Source: Bigelowiella natans CCMP2755 (Eukaryota > Protista > Cercozoa). From it: DNA of 64,000 nucleotides. Location: the NCBI GenBank assembly GCA_000320545.1, contig ADNK01000421.1, positions 62,001-126,000 on the forward strand. The letters run 5' to 3'. A model generated the notes under the pieces. That model did no database searches. It was given only the letters and a program-made list of their open reading frames with translations, and was not told where the DNA came from. Below, piece after piece: positions 38,981-53,088 of the stretch (its first letter is position 1; every line of letters starts with the position of its first letter). The position numbers were made by a program, and so were the translations under genes.

Positions 38981-41195
38981 CAGAATTTTCTGCATCATCT
39001 TCACTCCTCTTCAATTTTCTTCTTCTTCATTTTCTCATTATGCTGTCTGTGCGCGTGTATGTAGTTGCTTTGTGGCCTGCACTATCTCCACTCTGCTGGT
39101 GTTATTCACCGCGACATCAAGGTCCATACAAATGCAGCCACTAGTCCTACTACTATCATCAGCAGTCATCGTATCCTCATCATCCTTATATACGCAGAAC
39201 ATTGCCTTCAGTGCACCATACTTAACATGCATTCATATCTGCGCGGTATATGCGTTGACAGCCCACCCGTATTTTTTAAAAATATTTTATTTATATCAGC
39301 CCCGGAATCTTCTCGTCAACTCCGACTGTGATTTGAAGATTTGCGACTTCGGTACGTAGCAATTGAAAGAACTCCTACTACCTACTTACTACTACTACTA
39401 CTACTACTATAGTTGTTGTGGTATTGATGTCCTCACCGTCACCACCATGTGAGGGTGCATTGACAAATGATCGTGAGTAGTGGCAGTAGTTTAATCGTGC
39501 TGCGAAACCCCATTTCACTTGCTGCAGCACTGTCGCAGAACTAAGCTGTTTGAAGGAAGAGAGAGACTGAGAGAGCGAGAAAGAGAGAGAGCGAGAGAGT
39601 CTTAAAGGCGTCGCATCCGCTGCTGCTACATGTACCCACCCCCACCCATGCCCACATGATGATGATCAATCACCACAGGTCTAGCTCGCACAATGGCTGC
39701 ATCCGCGAAATCTCCGCGATTCGGAGACCGATTTGGCCTGAGGAGAGGGGGGGGGGGAGGAGGAAGAGGAGAGTATTTGGGCAGGAACCTTCTAAGAACA
39801 CCACTTCTGTCATCATCATCTTCTTCTTCCTCGTCTTCATCGTCGGCGGCAGCATCGTCAAGTTCTCAGCAGAGCAAGAATGATGATGGAAAGCACCCGC
39901 AACAGCTATCAAGGATAAAACCTGCCTCAGCTAGAGAATTGAATGAGGAGAAATCGGGAGGGGGAGGAGGAGGAGGAGGGGGAGCACCAACTGCGAGCAG
40001 CAACTATAGTAATTGTTCCCGTGACATCGATGGTGATGGTGAGGGTGAGGATGATGATGATACGACTGGTGGTGGTAACGATGAGTCTACTGACGATGCG
40101 AAACGACAAGACTACAAAGAGGCTCCTGATCCTTCCGATCCCATGTCCGGAGAGATAATGACGGTTTGGTATCGGCCTCCTGAGCTATTCCTCACATTAG
40201 ACTACCAAAGGTACGTGCGTACGTTCGTCGTAGCTGCTGCTATTGGCATCTTTTCGTCGCATTAGCTAGAGTAATCATGAGGAGGATTGCTCGCTACATC
40301 TCTTGGCCTTCTGATTTCAGAAACATTTGAAATGTGACTTATTCTCTCCTTCTCCTACTCCTTCCTCTCCTCCCCCCCCTCTCTTGATGCGTAGCTATAA
40401 TAGTTCCATCGATATCTGGGGAGCAGGGTGCGTAATGGGTGAAATAATGAAGCGCCGATCACTCTTTCAAGGTGCCTTTCTATCTCTTTAAACATGCACC
40501 GCATTCATTTGATTACGCAAGAAGCTTATCATCAGCAAATTTATCAAAACACTTAGGTGAGAGAGAGGAAGACGTGTTGATAAAGATATTGAAGTTCCGC
40601 ACACCAGTCGAAGGCCTTAGAACAATAATTCCAGAGCTTCGTCGCAAGCATATAAAAACCGAGGAAGAGGAGGAGTGGGGAGACGATGTCTTCTCTACTC
40701 AAACATTTTCTGTTGAAAAACAGATACAGCAGCTTCTACAAGAAGGTCACCTATTCGTTCCTATATTTTTGTCACTTGCCGCCATAATCACCATCAGCAT
40801 CATTAGAAACTGTTCAAATCAAAATCATGCTCGGTGTAAGGTGTGCATGATAATGTCGGTGATGATGAAGAAATCAACTTCCACCTCCCTTCAGAGTAGA
40901 AGCAGCCGCGACTATTATCTTATCATCCAATGCGCCACACGTACTTAGCCCTGAATGGAGACGAAGAAGAGGAAAAGTCCACGCTAAGTAGCAGCAGCAA
41001 TAGCAGCACCATCAACTCACTCGAAGGAGGAGAAATGATGCCAAAACGCACAACGCGCAGTGGTAGCGCCCACACGGCGAGAGGCGACGTAGAAGAGGCC
41101 GATGATGGAGCTGGTTGCAGTACTAAAAATCGTGAAGCACTGAGAAGGTAATGGAACGTTTACCTCTCACCCCTCACCCACTTTCCTTCACCAAT

Positions 41196-41230
<35 letters not shown>

Positions 41231-41811
41231 GATCAGTGATAGATGGGCTCAAAAAGGTGAGCAGAGTTGGTTGTTCCTTGTCTTAGGTTGATCAGCTCAA
41301 TTAATGAAGTAGAAGGTGACGATGACGTGGGGAAGAGAGAAGATGGCGAAAGCGATAAGCACAATCCGTCTACTAGCGCTGATGCCACGGTGAATCATAT
41401 CTGTGACTTCTTCTTCCTCTTCTGTTTGAATAATCTGCCATTTGCCTGATCTAATACAATGCAGATCAATCACTAAATGTGTGTTGAAGCAGTAACTTTG
41501 ATTGGTATATCTCCTTATTCTCAGTCTGTATATTCATTTCAGGTGTCAGAAAGCGCGCTGAACCTGATAGATGATTTACTTCAATTTCGACCATCCAACA
41601 GGCCGACAGCAAAGGTCCCCCACTACTACTTCCCTCCTCTCTCACTCTTCCTCTTTGTCTCTGATCATCACTCATCTAATTTCAAAGCGGTATATATTCT
41701 GACTGAAGTTGATTGCTCCCTGTGTTCTCCCTTTGTCATTAGGTTGCATTAGCCCGATCATACTTCGACGCCTTTCGGAGCAGGTGTGTACATCACCGCA
41801 CAAAATGCATC

Positions 41812-41863
<52 letters not shown>

Positions 41864-42464
41864 CACCTGCACATGCTTTCTAGATACTTATGTGATCTGT
41901 GCCCTATATGGGAAGATAGGGAGTTCCAAGTAGCCAAATAGCACCATGTAATCATTAACATATTAAACACCTGCTAACATCTTCACAGATCCCGGGAAAA
42001 GCAGTGGGAGGGACCGCCTCTGTTCTCCTCGAGAGTATTTGATTTCGAAAGGCAAAATAGAAGGAAAGGGGCCATCAAAGGCTTTACTTCTGATCGAGCG
42101 CTCAGAGGTCAACGAGGAGCTGCTTTTGGCAGCATGCATTACACGCATTTACATAGTAGTAGCATAAAGGAGGGAGTCTGTACCGAAGTCCCTCTCGGTT
42201 GGGGTTGTTGATCGTGACTTTGTGCCTCGTTTTACATTCCACAGAAAGAATCATGGCCGAAATCACGCAATACTACAAGAGGATTACGAAGGGTAAATTG
42301 CTGCGCTGCGTTAGACCACTACGTGGTTGCATCGTTGAATTGCGTCATCCTGCGTGATGCGATACACTTTTCTTATGTAAAAAATTGTTTGTATTCTAGA
42401 TGATGTGGTGAAGTGGCAACAAAAGACGGAATTATCAAAAGCGCTGGAGGGTATCAGTTTCTAG
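37414..42464 (+). CDS. Atypical mitogen-activated protein kinase (many exons, long insertions)
   Basis: [107 protein letters not shown]. Stop TAG 42462-42464. Confidence 0.88.
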
Positions 42465-42559
42465 CGTCTGAAGAGCGAGAAAATCAGCCAGATTGATAGC
42501 CTGCCCAGCTCAATAACTTAAGAAATAATAAATTCTAGAGAATCCAACATTGTCGATCT

Positions 42560-43300
42560 TACCACGTGCTACCTACTCTGTATGTGCATCGTAGCTGGTA
42601 TATAAGAGTGGCAATTAAAGGCCTCGCATAGTATCTATCAAGGAAATTAGTGATGCGGCGCTAGGCTATGGATAAAGAACTCTCCGCGGTGAACAAGCCT
42701 GAAGTCGGTGCTTTGGAAAAGACATACATGAAAACACCGATAATAAGGCTAGAAGGATTGCATCATTGTCAATTGCTAGCTCGCAAGCATTGACTCTAGC
42801 CAGCGCTACGACTGTGCATGTGAGTCTAGGAGTCTACTAAGCACGCTAGCACTACTAGAGCACGCTAGCACGCCTAATGAGAAGAGCGCGAAGCATCCTT
42901 GTTTAGCTGTCGTCGTCTAGAGCTGCGCATGTTAATTGCATAGCTTAGCTCAGCCTTGCGATCATGCGCATCCTGCCCGCCGCTGACATGATCAACCGAT
43001 CTACACATTTTGTGATTCTAAGCTATCGCTTGCTAGCTATAGCTGCTCTAGTGCTGTTCATTATAATAAACTCTAGATCTTACCATCGCCCTTATAGAAA
43101 ATATCTAATGACAAACGAATAGTAGTGACTAGTAACGTTGCAGAGGCATTCACATGTTCACATGTCTAGATGTCGTCAAAGTCACTAGATGTGCATTGCA
43201 GCATGCGCGTCTATGAGTACAAACTTTCAAATCTGAGGTGCGCAGCCAAATAAATAAGCCAAAAATAAACAGGACCTGCTAGCCTGCATGCAAACAAATG
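42560..43300. repeat. CTAG/palindrome-rich block 6 at a convergent junction
   Basis: gcacgctagcactactagagcacgctagcacgc; CCTGCTAGCCTGC at 43275-43287 (reverse complement of the shared motif). Confidence 0.78.
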
Positions 43301-43337
43301 CGTAATGCAAATCAGCGATCATTACATACAGGTGACT

Positions 43338-45700
43338 CTATGCTTTTACGCGATACGATCCATCTGGGAAATGATGTCTAGATAGCGCGCACTGGCCATG
43401 CCAGACGACAGCCTTCTTGGTGAAATTAGCAGGAAATTTATAAGACGGAATCTCTTCTAGTATGTTGAATAATGCTAATTGGAATAACTTACAACACATG
43501 TGGTTGGGTATAATTACAAGGAAACAATCCTGCCATCTTATTCTCAATTACCCCCATCCACCAACCGCCCTCCTTAATCTCTAGAACTTGAATCATATCG
43601 CCAGCTTTGAATGAAAGCTCATCGTTATTTCGGGCTGTGTAGGGGTACATGGCTATTTCATAGTTTTTAATAACTGTGGCCTCATACTCCTCGGAACTAG
43701 GAGCATATAGCCGATGCCGCCTTTCGAAAGAATCACTCGTATCGAATGGAGGATTATTATATCTGAAAAAGACATACTCGATAAGTAGTAGTACCCTGTT
43801 GCACGATCATACTAATTGGCGAATGAAACAGTGGAGGAGTCATTATCAAAGCACGTGTAATGTGTGCGCGCGCGCTTGATGCGTCTGCAAAATAGAAAAG
43901 ACTTTGGCTGCTACTACCACCACTGCTACTAGCACCACTACTACTACTACTACTACTAAGTATAAATACATTCGGAGTTCCTCGGGATGATTTTCGGGTG
44001 CAGATGCTGTCGAAAATTTCTCCTTGATATCTACAGTGCTGGGAGAAACTGACGAAGAAGTTTCAGCTTCTAACCGGTCTTCGAGTTCCTGTTGATAATA
44101 ATATATGACAAGAAAATTATAACATACACACCCCGACTCCTCGCTATTATCACTCAATATACACTACAACAACAACTACTACTACTGCTACTACTAGTAG
44201 TAGCAACCACCTTAACATTTTTCTTCATTGCTTCAACTCTGGTACGGAATGTATCAGGCGCCTTCTCCACGACCCCCTTCAGTGTGGCTATCGTATTCTA
44301 ATAATATATCAATATCAATATCAATATCAATATCAATATATATATATTATATATGAAGGTTTGCTCTTTGTGAAAACAATGTCGCCGCTGGAAAATATTT
44401 TGGTGGCAAACGACACATTTCTCTCTTCCTAACCTTCAAACGTTCCATCTGCTTCTCAGGAGGCACGCAGAATTTCATCTAAGGATGCGAGTAGTGAAAT
44501 AAAGAATCCATAGAACTTTAATCGTATCTAGAGCTTCGTTTTTGAAGAAACCTGTACATCGATGACGTAATGTATGTAGTGATCAAGCATCTGTTCCCGG
44601 TAATTCATATAATCCTGATAACACACACGCACAGTCGATTAGACAGAAAAGGAAATATTTTCACAAATTCCTTAAGGATGGCACCTGAAACATGTCTATG
44701 AGATCATCGTTAATTTTATTGAAAACAGATTCAGCCTTCTGCATTTTCAGTACCTGTCATCATAAAAGAAAAGAAAGCAAGGATTCAACAATAAATTTTA
44801 CATCAGTTTACTGCTGCGACAAGAGGAGTCGGCTGACTTTTTTGTGGTATTTAGATCCTGTTTTCTTGGAGGATTCGACTGATCTTTTGTAGGACATTAA
44901 ATCGATTCTCTTGTTGTTTCGTTTCTTCACAATCTGATGACACATAACAGACACACCCACACACACGTCTTGTTTCTGTACTATTCCATTTAATTGTGCA
45001 ATATTCGGGAGATTACTTTCTTTATTATTGGGAAATATTCGATATGAATTCCCACTGCCTTTACGACATTTTCCTCAAGAGATGCAACGTGCTTTCTACA
45101 AGACGTTCGTCTCTCCTTTCCTAGATCCAGATAGGTATTTATTTCCTCCCTTCATATAGGATGATAAAAGATGATCATCATATCATCAATTGTTTGGGGC
45201 ATTGATATAACAGCCTTTCAACTATTGATCATAACGGACCGGTGTTTAGAATTTGCATCGAAGAAGTATAGCAAGTCCCCAGCGATCACATTTTGAAGCT
45301 CACAGCTTTCTAAATAAAGATGGGATAGATAAATAATACACACAAACACACACGAGCGCGCTGGGCGCCTAAATCTACGTGAAAGTTTTACAGACTTTGT
45401 AAAGATTTGCAGTAATTGATGACATGATCCTGGAAGGTCTTGAGAGAAGATTCTGAAATGTAGTACGATCTCAGTTTTAGAAGCTGCTTCCAAATACCCG
45501 TGATTTTTTATTACCAACGCCAAGATAGTGCCGATATAGTTCTTGAAATTCCTCGTCTCCCTCTAAATTAAAATTTTATTGAGCACTAAAAATTTCCCCA
45601 TAAGGTTAGGAGAACCTCCAAAGTCGCTGCTTGACCCTCCTTGCATCCATCTTCGCCGTGATGCTTTAAATTTCTTCTTGAGAGATTTAAACGCTTGCAT
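43338..45700 (-). CDS. BAR-SH3 protein (amphiphysin/endophilin/SH3P-like), multi-exon
   Basis: Amphipathic start MQAFKSLKKKFKASRRRW. BAR-like DEEFQELYRHY and KKRNNKRIDLMSYKRSV. SH3 AMYPYTARNNDELSFKAGDMIQVLEIKEGGWWMG..FPANF. Confidence 0.75.
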
Positions 45701-46349
45701 GGTGTTCTTTCTACACCCACCCTTTCCTGAGTAAGTGATGTGATGAGCGTTCGATTTTCACCTTCAACTTTTATATCCTCTCCTACTTTCTATTATTCCC
45801 CTCCTCTTATATACAATTGCTTTGTTGTCCTCCTCCAGCGGCAAGATTCTACACGAGTACAGGAGGAGGGTGGATCAACTTTAATGAACAGATCCTTTTT
45901 GTGAAAGAAAGCATGCGATAAATCGACGACGACAACAAATAAAATGCACTATTACGTGGAATTTGATATTTCGAATAATTCCGAGCAAGGCAATCCGTCT
46001 GCTGAAACTTTTAATTGATAAAGGAAAAGGAGCGATGATGATAATTTGGTGTAGTAATTAGGACATAAATATTGGATGTTTTCGGTTCGGATGGTAACAA
46101 AACAAAAAAGATAGAGTGAATGAATAAATAAGTAAAAATGGATCATCGTCGCCGTCGTCCTTATCGTCATCATCATCAACAACCGGAAGGCGCATGATCT
46201 TGGTGTAAATGCCCTATATTTTACCTCCTGCGACAATCAAATATACTACGTCTTACGTGTGTTCTAACATTAAGAGGTGTTGCGCTACTCCTCCTTCCTG
46301 TTGCTATCATCATCATCATCATCATCATCATCGCCATCGCCGTCTACTA

Positions 46350-47803
46350 ATGGGGAACGCAGCTGCAGGGTCCGGCTTCCCGTACCACATCGAGGAGGTG
46401 GACCCCACCTATGACAACAGGGTTTTCCAACTTAGAGAGGGAAAACGCAAGGAAGACGGAGAAAAGGTTTCCATTTTTACTGTGGAGAAGAAGGATTGCT
46501 CCCCGGCATTGCTGGCGGCAGCTCAAAACTTCCACAGGCGCTTAAAAACAATAAGGCATCCACATATCTTAAGATACATTGATGGGGTGGAACTCGAGAC
46601 TTCCATCCATGTCGTCACAGAACACGTGCGGCCTTTTGAGCACCCCCGTCGCAGATCACCAGAAGACATTGAGGTATTATTCTCGCTGAGCTCCTGTGTT
46701 TAAGGGACTTCCACAATGTTGTCATCCTCATCGCATGTTTAAGCAACGAACGATCTTTGTTATCAGGCTGTAGCCCTCGGCTTATTCCAAGTTACAAGCG
46801 CAATCGCGTTTCTTAACACGGACCACAAAATGGTTCACGCAAATATTTGCCCGTCTTCTCTTTTTATCACAGATGCAGGTTGCAGTGCGTCGAGCTGTAT
46901 AATAATACACTGTTGTTATTTTCCCGAACAGCAGTAGCTTTAAGATTTCTTTTCACTTTTCATAGGAGAATGGAAGCTAGGGGGTTTCCACTTGCTCCAT
47001 CCCCATGGCCGCATCACTGAGATTGTGCGTGATAGCTACACGATACTACCTGAGCGCTACAGGTACTACTACTACTACTACTACTACTACTTGGAGCTTG
47101 CTTGCGTACATATGCGTAGTTTAACTCGAGCAGCGATGGTAAATTCATCTTGGTATTCATCATCATCCTGACACCATGAAAGGTCTCCGGAAGTCAAAGA
47201 AAAGAGATGGGGGACGCTGCAAACTATGCCTGTGTGGACAATGGATGCTTGGAGTCTAGGGTAATCAACGAGTTATTCTACGTTCGTTTAATCTTGGATG
47301 AATGAAACACTATCGTCCTCAGGTGCTTGATATACGACATTTTCCATGACAATTTCAATTCGACAGAGCAGCTCACCCAGTGTTCCAATATCCCAAAGCC
47401 ACTACTCCCAGTTTATAAACGTAGTAGAATTCGCAGTTGACAGTTATAAAATATGCTTTATATATACAGACTATCTGCTTCCAGGTTTGCTATCATCCAC
47501 ATCTCGATTGAACCCTAAAAAAGTCCTTCCGAATAAGTTTTTCAAGAATTTCCTTGTTAAATCGGTCAGTAATCAACACAACATTGCTTCATCATGAGGT
47601 GCATTCACGTATACGTATATGACGCGCGAGGTTACAACATGTGATAGTAATCCAGTAATTCCACAGCAATGATATTTTACTACAGATATGTTTTTTGGAC
47701 AATCTGGCGCTGAAGACAGATCAGGAAAAAGCTACATTTTTCCAACATTTCTCAGGAAAAGTCACGACTCTCCCTCCAGCTCTCGTCAGGTTTTCTATTT
47801 TCA

Positions 47804-47880
<77 letters not shown>

Positions 47881-48630
47881 CAAGCAAGCATGTTTAAAAT
47901 ATAGCTTGTATATCTTACATTTATGTGTTGTGTTTTTAGTCTGTTCGCGTGATGCTAAATTGGCGTGATTTTGTTGTGACTTTTCACCATTCAGACATAG
48001 GATCTTGCCGCAGCTTTTGCAAGCTCTTTCTTACGGAGCAGGCATGGGCAGTGCATTTGCTGCAATTCTTACCGTAGTGATCAAACTTGGAGAGACTCTC
48101 TCGGATCAAGAGTAAGCACTAATGATTCATACGAAAGGGATGCTTATAGCCTGATTTTTTTGGAATAATAAGCCATTGTCTGTCGCACCATCGTGACCTT
48201 ACGTTTTGATATCTCACTGATGAAAGTAATGAGTGTGTTTTGTGTGCATAATGGATTTTCATCTGAAACTATTATTTGAAACTGCTGTATCTCATTGCGA
48301 GTGCAATATAAACAAGTGATATCTCAATCCAAGTAACGTGGTTCCGGTTGCTGATGAAATATGTGGATGTGTATATATCTTAGGTACGAGAAGCTCGTTG
48401 TTCCAGCTGTCGTAAAACTGTTTGCTTGCAACGAACGTCAAGTGCGGGTTCATCTTCTTCGTCATTTACACGAGTAATAATATAGATTCCTCTTGATGTT
48501 ATCAAGACACTGCTGCCAACCAATCCACCAGAAGCTCATCAATCCTTCAGTCGTGGCTAAAACATATTGCATGGCCATCTTCCCCATGTTTGCTTTAAAT
48601 GAGAGGAGCTGTTACCTTAATTTCATTTTT

Positions 48631-48665
<35 letters not shown>

Positions 48666-48934
48666 TATCATCAGATACGCGAGTCACATACCGCCAGGAG
48701 TAGTTGAGAAGAACATACTGCCGCACGTAGCGACGGGTTTCACGGATGCAAATGCCGTCCTGAGAGAGCTCACACTCAAAAGCCTAATTCATTTAGCGCC
48801 AAAACTCTCCAACGCAGTGATGGATACTACCGTTCTAAAGTGAGTGTAGATGATAGAAGAAGTGCCATCAAAAATGACGAAAAAGTCCCCCGTTGTATTA
48901 AGTTGCCGCTCGGAAATGAAGAATGTTTTATTCA

Positions 48935-48982
<48 letters not shown>

Positions 48983-49265
48983 GTCTAGTGAGGGAAGAGG
49001 TGGTTTGCTTCGTTCTTCGCAACAGTAACAACTTTATCTTGTAATCACCATCATCATCATCGACTCCTTACAGGCATTTGACCAAGATGCAGGCAGATTC
49101 AGAACCAGGAATCAGAACCAACACGATCTACTGCATTGCTAAAGTTTGCTCTACCTTTGGGGAAGCTAACAGAAGGAAGATATTATTCAGAGGCTTTCTC
49201 AAAGGTAATATGAGAAGGATTATATTTGCTGAAACTCTGCTAACACACACACACACACACAAATG

Positions 49266-49310
<45 letters not shown>

Positions 49311-51063
49311 CTTTATATTCTAACCATCTCCATCTTCGTCATTATCGTCGTCGATGATGTTTAAAGGCCTCCGCGATCCGTTTGGCCCAGCACGTTTAGC
49401 AAGTTTAGCATCTCTCCAAGCGTGTGTTTCCCATTTCACTGCGGATGACATCGCAAAAAGGTGAGAATGTATCATACACCTCTGCGCCATGGTGTATTCA
49501 TATCAGCATCGATATTATACATAGATTATATGTCTTGTTGTGTTATTCTCCTAGGATTCTCCCCAGCGCTACGCCTTTAGCAGTTGATGCAAGTGAACCA
49601 GTGAGAAATGCATGCATTAAAATGCTCGGAGTTATGTGCAAATCCTTACAAAAAGCTTCAGTAGAGAGAGGTTAGACCATCAACACATTCATGCTGTTCA
49701 TTCGGGGTGCGAAGATTGGTTCTCCTTATCAAGTTTGGTGCCATTTTTCCACGTATTATAGTGATAATAATAATAATAATAATAATAACAATATCAATTA
49801 TTATTATTATAACAGCGAAAGCTTTGGCTGAAAGCAAAGAAAATTCCGCAGGTCCCGGTAAGATCAAAAGTATAGGAGGAAATGGGTACGGAGCTGCATC
49901 ATCATCATCATCCTCCTCCTCTGCTGGCGGTGCTGCTAATCGTTATGGGGGGGCTGTTCTGAGTACTATGTCCTCATGGGCTTCAGCTGGAATCACAGCT
50001 GTCGCTACATATGCTGCGAAGACATCATCGTCTGATACGTCCTCAACGACCACTACAGCCACGAAGAACTCCACGGCAAGAAATGCTACGAATGCTGCTG
50101 CTTCTTCCAGTGTGCATTCGACGGCTGTGGCGTCAAATAGGGGCGCTACCAAAAAGGTCACCAATAGTGGAAGAGGTGATGCCGGCAGAAGTGCTGCTGC
50201 CGTTGGTGCCTCGAAGGCAGAGAAATCAGGGTGGGACGATGGCGACCTTGACTTGGATTTATTCGATGATGGCAATGACGACGAAAAGGATGGCGGAATT
50301 CCAATCGAAGCGGTGTGTTAGTGAAGGAAGGAAGAGCGTGTCAATGATTATTTATATCTCCTTACTTTTCTCTGCGCTTTCTTGTGACGATCAGTGTACA
50401 CTGAACATCTATTCGGTTTTGTTTGTCAGCTCTCTCTAGGAGGCAAGAAGAAGAAAAACACGGTTAAGGTAATGCACCGTTCTTCGCAAGATTCCATCTT
50501 ATTCAGCACATGAGAGTCGTTGTTATTTACTAGAAATCGAAACGGAGGAATCAAGGAAGGCAAACTAAAAAGCAAATAACAAACGACAACCCCTGGGGGA
50601 TGAATGCTGATTCTGGCGGGGGAAATGGAGCCATGGATCTCTCCAAGATGATAAACAACGATGTATCCTCTCTAAACCATGTGTCAATGGTTCTATATAA
50701 ATGCGATATTTCGACTTCTTCTTTTCATGCGACCACTTCTTTCATGATAATGCAAATGAAATATATACAATATATTATCAGATCACTGGAGATCGTGGAG
50801 GAGATTCGTTGGACGACATGCTAAGCTCGCTCAACACAAGTCAACAGAATGAAAAGAAGGCGCAACCCACTGGTGGTGGCTGGGGTGAGAGCGGGACGGG
50901 AAACTTAGATGATCTATTGGGAAACAATTCCAATGATGCTGGAGGTATAGGAGAGAGCGTTTTACTCGGCAACGAAACAGGGGCAGCTCAAGGTGAAACC
51001 GGCGGTGGGGGTGGTGGTGACGAAGATTGGAATTCATTCATGCAGGAGGCGCTAGATTCCTAG
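46350..51063 (+). CDS. SCYL1: SCY1-like pseudokinase with HEAT repeats (SCYL1/Cex1 type)
   Basis: MGNA..GEKVSIF..AAQNFHRRLKTIRHPHILRYID..VVTEHVRP, GEWKLGGF, ILPHVATGFTDANAVLRELTLKS, EPGIRTNTIYCIAK, LRDPFGPARLA; acidic GWDD/GWGE tail. Confidence 0.88.
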
Positions 51064-51129
51064 TGGCATCTTCACCAGTACATGTGGAATGTCATGCCAT
51101 TGTACATTCATATAATTCAGTATATCAGA

Positions 51130-51950
51130 TCGCTTTCATGGCTTCATCCGAAACATCATGAAATCGCATCGATCGCATGAATGACCTCATTGCAAATGGT
51201 TCGTTTGCTCGTGATCGACTGATTTGCGCGACGCCACACTCTAGCACTGCTAGATCGACTGCTGCTCGTCGCCGCGTGTCATGACGATGCCCCATTTCAT
51301 TCCCTGCTGTTCGTGGTAGCAAAAATTGCGAAAACGCGCAACGTGAAAATTTGTTGCCCACTGACAACCACTACTAGATCGAGCTAGACCAGCTGCTGAC
51401 AACTGAATGTTGCTAGAATGACACATATGCATGCTGTGGCACGTGGTGAAAATCACGACAGGCACATCTAGCTAGCCACGTAGCACTAGCTAGTCTAGTA
51501 GTGCTAGCTAGAGCAGCTCTAGAGCTCTAGAGCTGACAGAGATCGGAACATGCGCTAGCATAGAATGTTGTCTCATGGACGCACTGTCTAGCCATGCTAG
51601 CGCGCATGGCTGGATGGCTAGCTAGCTAGTCTAACAGCGACAGATACGCTCTGCTTCAATGCAGCATGACGCTTAGCTAGATACACTAGTGTAGTCTAGT
51701 GGTAGTGCGAATGTGCCGCTACGCAGATCAAGCGATGCGGACGTAGCGTGCGCAGGCTAGCAGGGTCACTGTCTAGCTATGCACTGGAATGGTCTAGTGG
51801 CGTCTAGGCGTGTAAAAGCCATGCTGCTCGGCTCATCGTCTAGATCGTGTTGTGTCAGAAAATAAATCTAGTGATGTTTGCGCAACAATGTGTAAGCGAG
51901 AATCACATCATCCCAGATGACAAAGATGTTCACTAGCTAGGATGGGCGGG
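51130..51950. repeat. CTAG/palindrome-rich block 7 at a convergent junction; TpA largely confined to CTAG/TAG
   Basis: agctctagagctctagagct; GCAGGCTAGCAGGG at 51752-51765; gcactgctaga at about 51244. Confidence 0.82.
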
Positions 51951-52174
51951 TGTGGGAGTTCTTCACTGGCTCCACTACGCTTAATCATGTACAATATGAA
52001 TTCCCTTTGTTCATCTGCCATCAAGCATGGCTAATCACTTGAATTACATCGTGGTGTTGACAAGGAGACGTAGGAACGTATTCCAACTCGCTACTTATGC
52101 ACTAGATAACATCATTTTCTATTTATTTTCTATCGGTTTACAATTTTTGACTAAGGCACAGTTTCCGAAGAGAA

Positions 52175-52194
52175 TGGTGGTGTTTAAGAACACC
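52175..52194 (-). promoter_or_regulatory. Histone mRNA 3' stem-loop (H4)
   Basis: Minus strand GGTGTT-CTTA-AACACC followed by ACCA, about 35 nt after the H4 stop: a 6-bp stem, 4-nt loop and ACCA, as in the histone stem-loop consensus. Confidence 0.85.
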
Positions 52195-52227
52195 GGATGT
52201 AGTAGCATTGAGAATGCTGTGAGCAAT

Positions 52228-52545
<318 letters not shown>

Positions 52546-53088
52546 TTAGTAACTTGTTGTGTTGAGTTATGATTCCTTTTGCTTCAACTCATTTCACCAC
52601 AATCGGAGCTTGAACGTACGTTAGTAAAAACTCATACTTATTTCTGCAAATAATTAAAAAATAAATTCATATCTATACTATACGACATCATATTGTCTGG
52701 GGAAAAACAAAAATTAGCCTATAAAACATGGAAGCTTTGTCTTAACAAATCATTTCCAGAAGCCTTATTGCTATTCCGTAAAATTAATTAACGAAATAAT
52801 TTAGCGGAGTTCACACCAATTTTTGGTCTAAAATGACCTACATTATTTATTGAAAGGATTATGACAGTTTTGACTACATCAGGACCCTAACGAGTTAACG
52901 TTCTAAATGAAGGCGAATTCTACGGTTTGTAGGAGGTTAAGCTTAAATACTTAGTAAAAGGAAAGGCGTTTTCTAATAAAAGTGTAAATTGTGCGGTGCA
53001 ACAGCCCTTTCACTGATCCATCCTTCAATTTGTTCAAGCAGCCCCATCATCATAAACCAAACGTTCAAAGAACTCATACTTATCAATC

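Noticed and set aside
638-49323. Many short ORFs with YIYIYI, THTHTH, VVVV, LLLL or SLSLSL runs
   Set aside because: Translations of intronic microsatellites or off-frame low-complexity exons, not genes.
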